DNA of 64,000 nucleotides from Camelus dromedarius (Eukaryota): NCBI RefSeq assembly GCF_036321535.1, contig NC_087472.1, forward strand, positions 90,956,001 through 91,020,000, read 5' to 3'. A program made the position numbers and the translations under genes. Positions 11,561-27,539 of the stretch are shown piece after piece. How positions within the stretch are numbered: position 1 is the stretch's first letter; every line of letters starts with the position of its first letter. The notes beneath the pieces were generated by a model that did no database searches, was not told the origin of the DNA, and saw only the letters and a program-made list of their open reading frames with translations.

Positions 11561-13269
11561 TATAAATTTCCCATTTTTTTTTAAAGTCTCTTTGCCTTGT
11601 AGAGCTATCTCATTATATAATCTCTCTCTTTGCTTCATAAATCTTAGTATAAGGTGGAAAAGGAGCCAGAAAGAAGCAAAGGAGAAGAGCAGGCTCTGCT
11701 TCATTCCCCTGAAGGCCCACCACATGTGTTAGAGGGAATACACTCAATACATGTATTGAATGTTGCTGTATAAAAAGTAGTCAGAATACTTCTTTAAAAA
11801 ATATTCCCTTCATTATAAAAAAAAAAATACGAGCAAAAGATATCCCTAGCTTCTGCTATACCTTTAACACTATATTATACACTACAGGTATACAGGGCTT
11901 TCAGTTTCTACTTTATTTCTATAAAATTTGAATTTCTTATGAGTATGTATTATTTTATCATCAGAAAAACAGTATTTTTTAAGCCCATTCAATGTGGGTC
12001 GGTCTCTAAGAACATGTCTCCTCTCCCTCAAAATCACCATTATGATAGAATTTAATGATATCAAATACTATATATATGAACATACCTATTATGTATATAT
12101 GTATGTTACATTTATACATAATATGTATGTATGAATACAGAGAAACATATTAAAAGTTTAACAGAAAATATCTTGAACAGCCTAGAGCTGAGAATAAAGC
12201 ATCAAATTATGGTCCCATTACCCTCTCCCACAAGAAGCAGCTAAAATATACCCAAATAAGATTAGCATAATAAGAAAAGTACAAACAGCAAAGAGATTTA
12301 AATGTAAGGATCAAAATATGTTTTTATTCATCAGATGAAATCAGAGAAACTGAAGTAAAGACCATTAAAGATCCAACTGGCTTCTCAGCAGGCATTTTGC
12401 TCCCGGGTGTTCTCTTAGCCCCAGCTGGCCTTCCAGGTGGTCCAGTGGGCCTCATCGTGAATCCCCTCCAGGCCTAGGCTCTTCTTACAACTGCCCTGAA
12501 AGTCTTTTCCTTCCCTTTAAGTCTCCGCTGCTACAGTCTCCTAGCTTTGCTGCCTCCACCAAACCCTCTAGTTCCTGTGCCCCAAGCCCTAACTTCTCTT
12601 GACTGCCAAGTTTATTACTTATTAACCCCCCTGGGAGACACTTAAAGACACTCCTTCTCCCTGCAGGAAACTGGTGCATTTCAGCAGCAGCCTTCCAGAG
12701 GCATCTCCCCTATCTCAGTGGTCTAACCTAAAATGCTAGCTTAAGTGGTGGGGGTTCTAGGCCCTCTAGGAAGAAGGTGTTTATAGCAGAGCTCTTTAAG
12801 GGCCAAGCAGAGCTTCCAATGACAGCATGCAGACGACCACCTCCTCTGTTTATGGCTTGTCCTGCCGCCACTATTTACCCTCAAGGATGGAGATTCTAAA
12901 GCAGAAAATCATGAATAGCAATTTTTTAGCTGCCGATGGCACACAGCTGAGAATTGACTTGGTTCTCACCATGGAGCCAGGATGTGTCATGCTTGGAAAA
13001 GCTATTGCAGCAGTGGGGTGATCTCATTAAAATCATAAAATAAACCAAAGCAATCAAGACTGCATCCTTGGAAAGCTGGAAATAAGGCAGGAGCTCAGAA
13101 ACTGCTGGTAGGCAAAAAGTTCCTTTTTCATGTGGGGGAGAAAAGATTTCAGCTCCTATTCTTATGCTTGGGTATCTGAATTCACACATATCTGCCTAAT
13201 CACACACCTTGCTTCTCTGGCACTTATATGCACAAACTAATCAGCCTGGATACATTAAAAAGTTGGCAT

Positions 13270-13935
13270 CACTTAGCAAGTTTCATCTTTGGTATATACC
13301 CAACAGAAAAGCTTATGTATTTTCATGAAGAGACATGCGCACGGTTTTTCATAGCAGTGCTAGTCAGAATAGCCTCAAACTGGAAACCACAAAACAATCA
13401 ATAGTAGAATGGATAAATAAGATGGCAATGAGAACTAATAATCTTCAACTTTACACATAATACAGTTGGATCCCACAGGGATAATACTGAGTGAAAGAAG
13501 CCAGGTCCAAGAGTACAAACTGTAGGATGCCAGTTACATAAAGCATGCAAATGTTAGCTGAGCATGCTGTTAGGAGTCAAGATAGTGGTTACCCCTGGAG
13601 GCATGTGGTGACTATGCAGGAGGCATGAAGGAGCTTCTGACGTGCTGGACATGCTCTGTTTTCTGACCTAGGTGCTGGTTTCCTGGGTGTGATCAGTTTC
13701 TGAGACCTCACTGAGTTGTACACTTATGCTCTATGCCCCTTTCTGTATGTATACTATAAGTTAATCAGAACTCATTTGACAGGCATCAAGTTTCAATTAA
13801 GCAAGATGAATAAACTCTGGAGAGCTGCTGTTTAACATAGTCCTTATAGTCAACAATAATGTGTCATACATTTAAACACTTGTTAAGAGAGTAGATCTCA
13901 TGTTAAGGGTTCTTACCACAATAAAATAAAAAATT
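13270..13935 (+). mobile_element. Old L1 3' fragments (L1ME-like ~13270-13760; L1MA/MB-like end ~13780-13935)
   Basis: aaactggaaacc...gtagaatggataaataa, and gtagatctcatgttaagggttcttaccacaataaaataaaaa. Confidence 0.65.
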
Positions 13936-14701
13936 TTAATCATTAGGGAAAAAACCCTCATCATGAGACTGTGACAGAAGCCTAATGACTGTAAATTGCA
14001 GTGAAGGAAATCTAGAGGAGTAGAGGCCAATGGTTAAGTGCTATAAGGCTGTATTTTGTAGCTAATATTTATTAAGGAAAGAACTTCAAAAAGCAGAGAA
14101 AAGGAAGTGAGAAAGTGTGTCAAGTTTCAGTATGTCCCTTCTTGGAGAAGCCAGAACACATCAATGCAAAAAAAAAGTCTCACACCAACAGATTTGACTA
14201 GCAAAAAGGTCACATGTCAATGCAAGAGGTAACTAGCCCATGGAATTTCTTCCCTCCACTAAGTCATAAACAATATTGTTATGTTCTTATTCTAAGAAGT
14301 AATATGAGTTTTAAAGCAAATTCTTTCCCTTGTTTCTCATGTGGATAACTCTCTGGCTCCAAATCCTCAGACTGGAATAGGACAATGTACCTATTGCTGA
14401 ACACCCAGACACTCAACTTTCCGGTCCAGACACGCTCAGGTGAGAGTTCTCAAATACGAGAGATAAAAGAGACAGGTCGAGCGCTCAGAGTCATAAATGT
14501 CTGTCTAAGACAATTGCACATCATTGTATGTACATGAGAAGATACTTACATGCTCAAGAGAAAAATCTTTGAGGAAACTGTAACAAAGATGATGAGACTC
14601 TACTGAGTTAATTTTTCCTCCAAAAAACAAAGAACTCCTTGGGGATAAACTGGGTACTTTAGTAGCCCCCCATTTTGACACTCAAGGTCCCTTTCCTAAA
14701 G

Positions 14702-14863
14702 CATTGTTTCTCATAGCTTAGGGTGCTACAAATCCCAGAGACCTTGCTAAAATGCAGATTCCAATTTGTGGGTCTGGGCTGGGGCCTGAGATACTGCATT
14801 TCTAACAAACTCCCAAGCGATGCTGATGTTGCTGGTTTGAGGACCACACTTTGAGTGGTACAG
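14702..14863. mobile_element. MER5-type hAT-Charlie MITE
   Basis: aaatgcagattcc...ctgcatttctaacaaactcccaagcgatgctgatgttgctggtttgaggaccacactttgag. 8-bp hAT TSD tcctaaag (14694-14701) / tcctaaaa (14864-14871). Confidence 0.8.
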
Positions 14864-15704
14864 TCCTAAAACAGGGATTTGTGATCATAGGAGATGACAG
14901 AATATCTGATTGACTCCTCTTATTGATATTTTCAGGGTTTTTTTTTTTTAGTATACACTAATAGTCTCTGGAAGATACAAAGACACTATCAACAGTGATG
15001 GTGGGGGTGGACACTGATTGACGGAGGACGTAAGTATTTCCTGTATACTATCTGTATTTTGTGATTCATGAGCAGATGTGAAGGTATACCCAGTCCAGAA
15101 ATTAAATAAATTCACAAGAAAAAAACAGGGAGGAAAAAAAACAAGAATTCATCTATTATATCTGGTTTTCCCACCAGTATAATCTGTCTCAACATTCTGA
15201 TTCATTCCTTAACGTGGTCAGCAAAGCCAGATCCACTGTGAGGAGACATAATTAGTATCCAGGAAGCGCTAGCCTCGATCACAAGGGTCCCTCATCTTGT
15301 CCTGCAGGCACTGACAGTGAGCCCTGTCACTGAGATCTGGGGTGGCTTCAGTGACTAATAACTGATGGAAGGCTGCATTTTTCAATGCAAGCACGTATCT
15401 AGGATATAATTCATCAACAAGATAAAGAAGCCTGTTAAGGTTACAGCTCCTTCCAAGTCGCGGCTTTTCCAGCATTAAGCACAATCAAAGCAAAGTTGCT
15501 AGGATCAGGAAGAGGACTAACATGTACACATCACCAAAGTCTGAGCGGGCAAATGTAAATTTCGGAGAGAGAACGATCTGTCCTTTAAATGAACAACAGA
15601 TTTTCAAATACATTTTCAGACACTGATTTATTGAATTTATGATTTGTTCCTAAATAGAAAAATATTTTAAAACATGTATATAATTGTAGGAAATTTATTG
15701 GTAA

Positions 15705-15955
15705 ACTTTTTAATGAAGTATGATATACAAAGAGAAGTGCACAAATCGTAAGTGTCTAGATCAATGAAATTTCACAAAGTGAACACACTCAAGAAAAAGA
15801 ATCAAGAAACAAAACATTGTCAGAATCCAAGAAAGCACCTATTATGCCCCCTTCCAGTCACTAACCCCCACCCTTAAGATAACCTCTATTTTGACCTCTA
15901 ATAGCATAGTACTTTTGTCTGCTTTTAAGCATTACAAGATGGAATCACACACTGT
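15705..15955 (-). mobile_element. Old L1 (L1ME-like) 3' end
   Basis: aatgaagtatgatatacaaagagaagtgcacaaatcgtaagtgtc...aatgaaatttcacaaagtgaacacac. Confidence 0.65.
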
Positions 15956-17174
15956 TGTACCTGTAAGATTTTAATTAGCACCTTCATGATACCCTTTTCC
16001 AATCAGTGAATTGTACATCTTTGTCTCTATTCTCAGAAAAGGTGGCCGTGAGTATCTGGCTGATTAAGTCACTGATCAAAGTACATCCCTAAACTGCTGT
16101 GTTTTTTTTTCCAAAAGAGTTGCACGAGAGAACATTGCCCCCAAATTACAATACCTCTCTATAAAAGGACACATCCCGGGACAGCGTCTATCTCCATTCT
16201 CTTTCCACGTCACCAATTTTAAATTACCAAGTGACCCAGAGGCCCTGCAGATTCCAGGTCTGCATTTCTCTTCAGACTCAGGAAAAAGAGTGGAGAGGAT
16301 AAATCTTCAACCTGTCAGCAAACCAAGGAACAACAATATCCCTGCTAACCTCGTTAGGAAGAAATTCCATTTTCTAATACTCTGGGGAGACGAGAAGATG
16401 CAGCCCCTGAAATTAGATTATCTGCTCTGCTGGTGTTAAGATGGGGCAAGACCAGGGGCGACTTCATTTTGGATTTAGCAGGTGACTAAATGGGATGCCT
16501 GAGGGATGTCTTTTGGGTGAGGACACGCTGGGCAGGGGAGATATATAAAGTGGCACAAAGAAGACTTCAGAAGAAAATGCTATAAAGGCAATTGATGAAG
16601 TTGTTGACAGAGTGGAGACTTGGAGATCTAGTTTTGTGATATGGATGTCAGGAATCAGTGCTATTTATGATCATACAGAGGATATTGGATACCAAAAGGA
16701 GAGCCGCATCTTTACTTTCTCATTTTTTCCCTCATAAAATCTCTCTGGCTGAAGTCTACCTCACTTCATGTCAAACCCAGCAAGACTAAAGGGGTAATAA
16801 TAGCCATGGGGAAGGATTTGAAGAACAAGAGCCCATTTTATCACGGCAGAAGAGATGAAAGCTTCATTCTTGGTCCAGAAGACAATTGTTATGGCTCTAG
16901 AAAGTAAGGATTTAATACAAAATGTTTACCCAATGTAAAGTCCTTTTATAACATCCATATGTATGTTACAGAGCTTGACATCTTGATTAAGCAACACATC
17001 CCATTTTATTTTAGGTCATCATAACCTGTTGGTGGTGGCACGGGGTCATAAAAGGAAGCTGCTGCAACTGTGAAGCTTCCAGTCAGCAGACATTCATAGG
17101 GCATCTATTTTACAGTTGGTACAGATTGAAGTACATTCCCTGGTCTTAGGGAACTCACCATCAGGGTAGGAGAT

Positions 17175-17300
17175 GAGCATCCCCTGGGAGTTTCTTAGAA
17201 ATGCAGAATCTCGAGCCACACCCCGCTCCTGAATCAAAATCTGCGTTGGAATAAGACTCCCAAGTGGTTTATACCCATATTTAAGTTGCAGGAGATTTGA
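17175..17300. mobile_element. MER5-type MITE fragment
   Basis: cctgggagtttcttagaaatgcagaatctc...ctgaatcaaaatctgc. Confidence 0.6.
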
Positions 17301-18914
17301 ACTTAAATGACACTCCAGCTCAGTTATTCTCAATCCTTGCTGCATATTAGAACACTCCGGAGACTTTGCAAAGTCCTTGTTCTCAGTGTAGCAGTAAATC
17401 ACAGGAAGACCTGGGTCAGAGCATTTCAGGTACAGAGAATAGCCAGGGCAAAGGCCACGAGGTGGGAACAATCTTGGTGTATTCCAGGGACAACAAGCAG
17501 GGCTGACTGATGGAGAGACTGGTGGGAGTTGAGGTCAGCCAGAAAGACCATTCCAAAGTGACTTTCAGGCCATTGGAACCAGAATGGATTTTATTTGATG
17601 GGAATTCACTGATGGGCTTTAAAAAGGGGATAGTCTGTAAGCATTCAGTACCAAAAGATACTTAAGCCCTGAGCTAAATGGCGATGTTATTTGAATAGTG
17701 GGTTTTTTGACTCCCTTATTCCCTTACCCCATTAAATAAGAAAAAAAACCTTGCAAAACTGAGAGCAGTTAGTCTATTAATGCAGTACAGAAATCAAAAT
17801 TTTGTTAGGATAACAGAATTCACAGAGGAAAAGGAATTAAGTAAACCCACAGGTTGAAGTCCTTGCCTGCTGTTACAAGATCAGTGACAGAGAGAGGCTC
17901 CTTCTGTGGCTTATTCACAAGGGAACATAGTAGATGGGACCCTCTCCCCAGGCTGCTTCTTGGGCTACTCCCTCTCCCACCTCCAGCAATCCCTCTATGA
18001 AGTCCCTTTTTGCCAGACCCCTGATAGAAGTCACTGAATACCAGTTAGGCAAACTCTGAGTAAAATCTGTGTGCATGACTCTTGTCCTCATCCTGAAATG
18101 GGCCTGCCTCCCTTCTCCCTCGAAATCACAACGCCGGGTCGGGGGATGACAGTGCAAAGTCAAAAGAAGTGAGGGCTGGAGAAGGACGTGGAGCAAAGTC
18201 TAGGAGGTAAGTCTCAAAGACTGTTAAATCCAGCAAAGACGGTAGATACCATCCAACCCAGTTCCCCCACTTCATAGATTTGGAAACTGAGACCCAGAAA
18301 AGTGAAGTTATTTTTTTTTAATCAGGATGTAGAGCTAATTGGTGGCTGAATCTAGACTAGCCCTGGCCCTCAATAAAAATGCCCATCCTCTGACAAATGC
18401 CAAACCCCTTTATCATGAGTACCGTTAGCCTCCAGAGAGCCTGGCACCATCCCACTCCCTTAGCCTATAGCATGGTTGTATGTCCTTGTCCCTATCCTTG
18501 GAGCTTCTGTGACTATCCCAAAGATTCTCCCTAGAGTCAGGAGAAGTCTAGGAAACATACATAACTGTCAGAGGATCTTTAGAGGCTGTGGAGTACAAAG
18601 AACTCTCAACTGGTGGGGAAGTTCCAAGGACTGTCCCCAACTTCATGGACCTGAGCCATTCCAGCAGATCAGCAGGAAACCCAAAGGAATCAGAATTTCT
18701 AAGACCCTTCACACAAGTGGCTGCCACCACAAGAAGGTCCCCTAGGACTCTGCATAGTCCCTTGTTACCTGGGTACCCCATCAACAAGCCCTAGCAATCA
18801 GCATGCAGCCCATCAGCCTTCAGTGGACTTGCATGTAATGGCCCCCAAGTCAGGCCCATTCTGGGCAAAAAGCAGTGTGACTGGACTCCCACGGCAGGAA
18901 CTACTTAGGGTCCA

Positions 18915-19381
18915 TTACCTCAGCATCTTTTCTTTTGCTGCATAACAAGCCACCAAAATTTAATGACTTGAAATAAGCATTTATTAATTCTGATTCTGGC
19001 AGTCAGCTGAGAGGTTCCACTGGTCTGGGCTGCCTAGGACAGTCTCACTCACCTGTCTGGTAGTTGGCAGGGTGGTTGGTCTAAGGGGCCACAGCTGAGA
19101 TGGCTCATTTCTGCTCCATGGAGTCCAGTTGGCAAGCCTGGGCTTCTTCACATGGTGGACTCAGGGCTGCAAAGAGCACCAAGAGAGGGCAAACTCCAAA
19201 GGGCAGGGGCTATGGAAGATTCTGCTTATATCATACCCGTCACTGTCCTATGGTCAAGTCCAGGTTTAAGAGATGGGAAAATAGACCCTGTCTCTTGATG
19301 GGAGGAGCAGTAAAGTTAATTTGCAGAGGGCATACAGACAGAGACGGGAGGAATTTGTACTTTTTTTTGCAATCAACCACA
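18915..19381 (-). mobile_element. MaLR (MLT1-type) LTR
   Basis: ttgctgcataacaagccaccaaaatttaatgacttgaaataagcatttatt ... tcttgatgggaggag ... gcaatcaaccaca. Confidence 0.7.
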
Positions 19382-20521
19382 CTGTGTTACACGAAATGCT
19401 CTCTAGGAGCACTTTGTCCAGAGTCCTTCAAACATAAAACTCCCTCCTTGCCCCACGAAAAACACAGTGCTTCTCTTCCTTGCTTCCTGCAGGCACTTGC
19501 TTTACCTCTTAAGTAACTGGGTCCCACAGAGATGTCGCAATATTCCAACATGATAAAATTCCAATAAAAATAGCTAGTTTTCCATATTACCTAGTGATTT
19601 ATCGATTTCATATACGCACTAGTTGTTTTTATTCTCCGGGTCATTCATGCATACAACAAGAAAAAAAATTTAAATGTATTTGTTTCTCCATTACAGTTTT
19701 TTTTACAGGACAGTTTTACTCAGAGAGCCTGCTTGTGGGCAGGGGCGTTCTGCCCAATAGCAACACTACAAATTCTATTTAGCAAATATACCTGCTATAA
19801 GACAGCAGCAGACTAAATTAGAAATATAATGCTTGGCTGGTTGTTTACTGCTTGTATTGTGTATTTTTCGCACATCATCGTGTGGATGTTTAAAGGTCAG
19901 GATTGCATTTACACTTGAGTTGTCTAAAATAAGAAAGCCATAACCAGGAAATTCAACAATATATTTTCTTGTGCTTACTCTATTTTCTCTCTGGCCAAGT
20001 CCTCAAGTAATCGGAAAACACACAGCCTTGCGTGCATTCTGGGGTATGGGAGTGACATGGTGCCAAGGAGGCTGCAACTTTTTTTGATGTTGCAAGTTGT
20101 TGAGAACCAAAAGGTTCTCATTGGCACTGGTCACATTTAATATATTTAAATTTGGAAAGCCCTAACATTGGTATCCTTCTTGTTGCATAGGTCTAGAATT
20201 TTATTAAATAGCTCAGTCAAATGTAGCCCATTTACTCCAGTCATAAAGAGAACAGAGAAAAACAACCGGGGATCTGTTCCAAATGCTAATCTCTCATAAG
20301 TAGCTCTCCAAGCAATACATGAATGTACTCTTCTATCAAAAGCATCCATGAGATGTATTAGCAGGTCATCTGTAGGTCCCCTTATGTGTGTGCATGGAGC
20401 GAAGTGTGTGTATCTGCACAGTAGAATTTTTTTTTCTTCAGGTGTAAAATTACATGAAGTTCTACCCTCTTTCTAAACATGTCTTCTTTCTGGGTTTAGA
20501 TATGTCCTTTATGATGTAACA

Positions 20522-20803
20522 CAAGGATTAGCCAAACTTTTCCCATAAAGGGCCAGATAATAAATGGATTTAGGCTTTTCAGGCCATATGGTCTCTCACA
20601 ACTAAACTCTGCCATTGTAGCATGAAAGCCATCATAGACCATCTGTAAACATGGGTGTGGCTGTGTCCCAACAGAACTTTATTTATGGACACTGAATTCT
20701 TCCTGCAATTTTCACACATCATGAAATATCATTCTTTTAAAAACTGCTTGCAACCAGGCATATACAAATGTCAAAACCCCTCTTAGAAGTTTATAGACCC
20801 CTG
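20522..20803 (+). mobile_element. MER58-type (MER58B-like) hAT-Charlie element
   Basis: caaacttttcccataaagggccagataataaat...tttaggctttt...gtggctgtgtcccaacagaactttatttatggacactgaa; ends gacccctg. Confidence 0.75.
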
Positions 20804-22269
20804 ACCTAGGACACTAATTAATGGAGCAATCATCTGACAAAGAAAGCAGAGTCCAGGCGTGAGCTCTCCAATGCCTTTTTGGCATCTCTCTTTTCTTTCT
20901 GAATACATTTCTCTATGAGAGCTCATTTCTTAAAAATGTTAAGCAACTCTGCTTTTATATATAACCGAAGGGAAAAATGGCTTCTTTGTGCCTCTGTATC
21001 TTTCCAAGTAAAGATAAAAGCCATTTGATAGCAAATTAGTCTTCTTTTTCTTTGCACATAATTTTGTGAGTTTAGGTCTTTCCTTTTCCTTATTTATTCT
21101 TTACAAAGCTTCAGATTTCTTTGTCTGAGTGACGTGACAATGATCTGTGAATTGGCAACACGAGTAACAAATCACTAAGTTGTGGAACAAAACTCATTCT
21201 GATAATGGCAGCTTATTTCTCTATCCCAGAATCAGCAAATTCCATCCTTCAAGACCTTCCATTATGCATTGTGGTTCTAGCCCTATATTGTCTTTGATTA
21301 TAGTATATCATAAAGACCTGTGTTCAATCTGATCCTTTTTGATTTTCCAATTTAGATCTTAAGAAGTGAATAAAATCAATGTCAGCATTTTGACAGCCGT
21401 AGTCCTTCAGACTTTGTTCCGCATTTTTTATAACGCACGTTGCTCTATACTCTGGTGATACATAAAGAATGTTTTGCAGTGTTTGCATTTATCTCATTGG
21501 AGTGAATGTTTCCATCTGATACAGAGGAGGCTGGATGCCTCCATGTCCAGATAAAATTGCTCCACAGTTCATCTTGTTCTGGATGGATTAAGTGGGTCTG
21601 ATGAATCTTTTCATGTTACTTTGCCATCTGATGCCTTACGACTTCTTTGGTAAAAATACTGGATTTATTTAGCAGAAGCTTTAACTTTTTAAGTGGCTCT
21701 TTGAATACTAAACCTATTTGATTTTCTTTCCATAGTCAAGGTGATGTGACATCAATCTATTCTGAGTGGCTGAAGGCTCCCCTTGAGGCACTTCTGCTCA
21801 GGTATTATTCACATACTCCTTCGTTCCTGTGTTACCACGAAAAAACTTGCGTGAATGCATATTTTCAGTGTAAGCCTTTTCCTTCTTCAGGTTAACCATG
21901 AATTCAGTTCAATTCAGTGATTGTTAGGGACTTACTAGGTGCTGAGTTTGGTGCCAGATATTGTGAAAGGTACAAATGTGAGTTCATGCCCAACGTCAAG
22001 GCATTTACAATTGTCCTGAGAAAGAAGAGCCCAAACACCAATAACTACTAAATGGAATAGCATATGCAGACTGGGTTTTAGATGGAGGGCTTTAGATAAT
22101 GGAGAGGTTACTTACTGCAGGCTTCATAATATCAATTTTAAGTTTCCTTTGCTGTGCATATTAAAGTACTCACTACTGTCCTCTTCTGTCTGGTAAAATG
22201 AGGCAGCCACTTTCTGCTTTGCGGTCAAACTATGAAACTTTTGACTCTGAAATTAAAAATGCTTAGTCC

Positions 22270-23996
<1,727 letters not shown>

Positions 23997-26379
23997 AAAA
24001 ATGCTTATTCCCTACACTTACCAAATTTATTTAGTATTTGTGTAGTGGGGGAAAGGTTAAAAAAGGATGCTGTTTGAGACATGACCAATTTTGTTTTGAG
24101 TTCATCATTTCATGTTGTTTGGCTGAACTGACTGCTCAGTTCAAATTGGGAGAGCTGAAACCTAGTTAGGTTCAGCCTGGGTGTAGACAGTGGCAGGTTA
24201 AAGCTGTGTCTAGGAAAGCAGAGGTGGAGTTATTAGGGAACAGAGGTGAGAGGAGATAATGGGGTGAGGAACTGAGAAAACAATCAAGATTTGACAGATC
24301 GGAGATGTGGCCTGGGCAAGCACTGGGCCCACACACAAGTGTAAACATCAATCAAAAACCTAAACCAGAGATCACAAAGGAAGACATCTAAGAGACTAAA
24401 GGAAAAGAGCAATTCAGCAGAGAATTAAATCAAAGGAGAGGAAAGACCTTGATAAAATGAATCAAAGGCTTGTCTTCACCTAGGACTTTTTACTCTCCTC
24501 TTGCGAAACCCTAGACTAAACCCCTGGGCTGTTCAAAAGGGCTGATGATTATGAACATCTGACTCTAGTAAAGAGAAAATTAAGAGGACTGTAGTTCCCT
24601 GAAGCAGAAGCGAAGACAACATTCTTTCATGTTGCTTCCTTAAGCCTATCACCAGAAAAGATTTTTTTAAAGATAGATACCATCGTTAAATTAGCAAACT
24701 GAGATTTAACTATTTGGATTAAACTTCAGCTAAGGATGGACCCCGGTACTCCTGAGAATGGCCATGAGAATGTAGTATAAATCAAGAGCTTCAAGCTTTT
24801 AGTTCTCATTCTACAAGTACTTAAATGGCCGATTCAGAACTGAAGATGGCTATATATTTATTTCTCCTCTCTTTCCAAGCTGGCACTGTTTCTCTTCCTT
24901 GCAAAGGACTTTATGTGAGAGTTCTCTGATAAAAGGTATTGCTCTGATAAGTGCAGGTGCTACTGGAACATAGCCCATCACCACCAGCTCAGCCACAAAG
25001 AGTTGTATCTACAGATCACAGCAAAATTGAAAAAAGCAGGAGTTGGCCCCATGGAGGGACCTAACGGACCGGCAGCTGTCAGTTCATTGTTTAAACACTT
25101 GCTGTTCCTCAATGGTGATTTTTTTTCCCCTAGAAACTCGCTCAAACCAACATATGACCCTTTTGTATAATCTATATAGACTGTTGGTTTACTGCAGAGC
25201 ACTTAAAATTGAAAATACAAAAGCTTTCTTTGAGTGTTAAAACAAAACAGCTTCTGACTTGCTCTGAAAATGCACATTGTGGAGATTCTTATCTGGATGG
25301 GCCTTTGATTTCTGGCCAAGTTTAGAGGAGGATGGTCTAATAATAAACCAGCAAAACAGTCTGAGTAGTAAATTCACATAGAATTTTTCAGAGAATCTGG
25401 AGATAAAATCCCAGAGAGAAATTCTCAAAACAACCCCCAAACCAATAAATTTCACTCCTCCACCTCCTCTATGATGAAAATGAAAGCACAAAACAACAAG
25501 CCTCCTTGTTATTAGTAAGAGTAGGTTATTTTCGTTCTTTATATTAAAAAAAAAAAAACCACTTACTAGCTGCTTCTGATTACTTTTAAATATACATGCT
25601 GATAGCAGAAAATTGGAAAATATCCATAATCCCACCATTCTAAAATAACCATTTTTTCTATAGACATCTATACTGAGAGTTTTTTTAATGACAGTTTTAT
25701 CACACTGTGTGTACAATTTTGTAGGAGTAAGTTATTCTTGAAAAGGTAGTGAAGGTCGGTTGAATCTTTGAGAAACATCAACTGTGAAGGTTAGTTGATG
25801 ACAACAGTTCTCACTTCTCTGATATACTTTCTTCCGTGGCTTCTGCCAAATGTAATACATCTTGCAGGATCAAAAAAGACAGTGATACTTTAACATAGGA
25901 AGAGAAAAATCAGTCAACTTAAATACACAGAGAATTGGGGCGGAATCAAATGCTGGTCTTAGCCTTTTGACAGTTCCCCTATGTTAATCAGCAAAAAAAA
26001 AAAATTCTGCAAGCTTCTCATTCCATCCTATTCTACCCTCAAACCAATCTAAATCCCCCTTATCTGGGCCCCTAGATGATCGTGACTGCAAACAGAAGAT
26101 ATGCTGTAGAGAGAGCTGGCTGAATCCAAATAAAATCTCTGTGGCATGTGAGTATGCGTGTATTTCAGTGCCAAGTGTGGATGTGTGTATTTATGAGTGC
26201 ATGCATACCTCTCGGCACACAATCATTTGTAATAAATACCCCCAAATAAAGGCATTTTAGTTTCCTGAAGGGCAACACCAAATAATCATGAACTAACTGT
26301 GACAAAAAAAAAAAAACTACCCTTTTAGTATTACCCAAGCTCTGTGCTAGTGATTCTGCTTGCCTTACCTAATCAAATT

Positions 26380-27380
26380 TTTTCCTGGTCATACTATTAA
26401 AACTGCAACCTACTCCCCACCCCCTGCCCTAGCACTCCTTTTTTTTCTTTTTTCTTTTTTAAATTGAAGTATAATCAGTTACAATGTGTCAATTTCTGGT
26501 GTACAGCATAATGTCCCAGTCATGCATATATACACATAAATTTATTTTCATATTTTTTCATTAAAGGTTATTACAAGATATTGAATATAGTTCCCTGTGC
26601 TACATAGAAGAAATCTGGTTTTTATCTATTTTTATACAGTGGTTATCATTTGCAAATCTCAAACTCTCAAATTTCTCTCTTCCCACTCCCTTTCCCGAGT
26701 AACCATAAGATTGTTTACTATGTCTCTGAGTCTGTTTCTGTTTTGTAGATGAGCTCATTAGTGTCCTCTTTTGTCTTCTTTTTTTAAATTCCACATATGA
26801 ATGATATCATGTGGTATTTTTCTTTCTCTTTCTGGCTTAGTTCACATAGAATGACAATCTCTAGGTCAATCCATGTTGCTGCAAGTGGCATTATTTTATT
26901 CTTTTTTGTGGCTGAGTAGTACTCCATTGTATAAATGTACCACAACTTCTTTATCCAGTCATCTTTCGAAGGATATTTAGGTTGCTTCCATGTCTTGGCT
27001 ATTGTAAATTGTGCTGCTATAAACATTGGGGTACATGTATCTTTTTGAATTAGAGTTCCTGGATTGCTGGATCATTTAGTAAGTTTATTTTTAGTTTTTT
27101 GAGGAATCTCCATACTGTTTTCCATAATGGCTGCACCAATGCCCTTGCAGTCTTGATTTCCCTTATGGCACACTACTGTGTACCTTTTTCCATAACATGT
27201 AATGCTGTTTAACATACTTTATAATCTACTTATTTGTTTCATTGTTGCTATTATTGTTATTGTCTGTCTCCTTCTCATCATTGTCTGTCTTGTTCACTGA
27301 TGTAACTAAAGACCCTAGGATGGTTTCTGGTACATAATAGGGTCAATAAACATTTGTTTAATGAATGAATCTATGTATGA
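26380..27380 (+). mobile_element. LINE2 3' end, interrupted by an L1 insertion
   Basis: ttgttcactgatgta...ctggtacataatagggtcaataaacatttgttaatgaatgaat, the typical L2 3' terminus. Confidence 0.65.
26440..27139 (-). mobile_element. 5'-truncated lineage-specific L1 (ORF2 C-terminus plus 3' UTR)
   Basis: ORF 26784..27026 MFIAAQFTIAKTWKQPKYPS...WIKKLWYIYTMEYY is the L1 ORF2 C-terminus. Poly-T tail; degenerate TSD tgccctagcactcct / tgcccttgcagtctt. Confidence 0.9.
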
Positions 27381-27539
27381 ATGCATTGTTTCATCATTAC
27401 AACAACCCTTTGAGATTGACATTATTATCTCCAGGTTAGAAAAGAGGTTGCAAAATGTGCCCATAGTCACATGTCTGGCAAGTAACAAAATTTAGTTTTG
27501 AAATCAAATCTCTCAAAATTCCAAATCCTGTACTTTAAA

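Noticed and set aside
21000..21900. Possible decayed transposase or coding relic on the minus strand
   Set aside because: Manual translation of the frames I examined gave stops and no recognisable motif; a profile-HMM search would be needed.
25237..25716. 159-aa minus-strand ORF
   Set aside because: Low-complexity F/L/I-rich translation of A-rich DNA with no recognisable domain.
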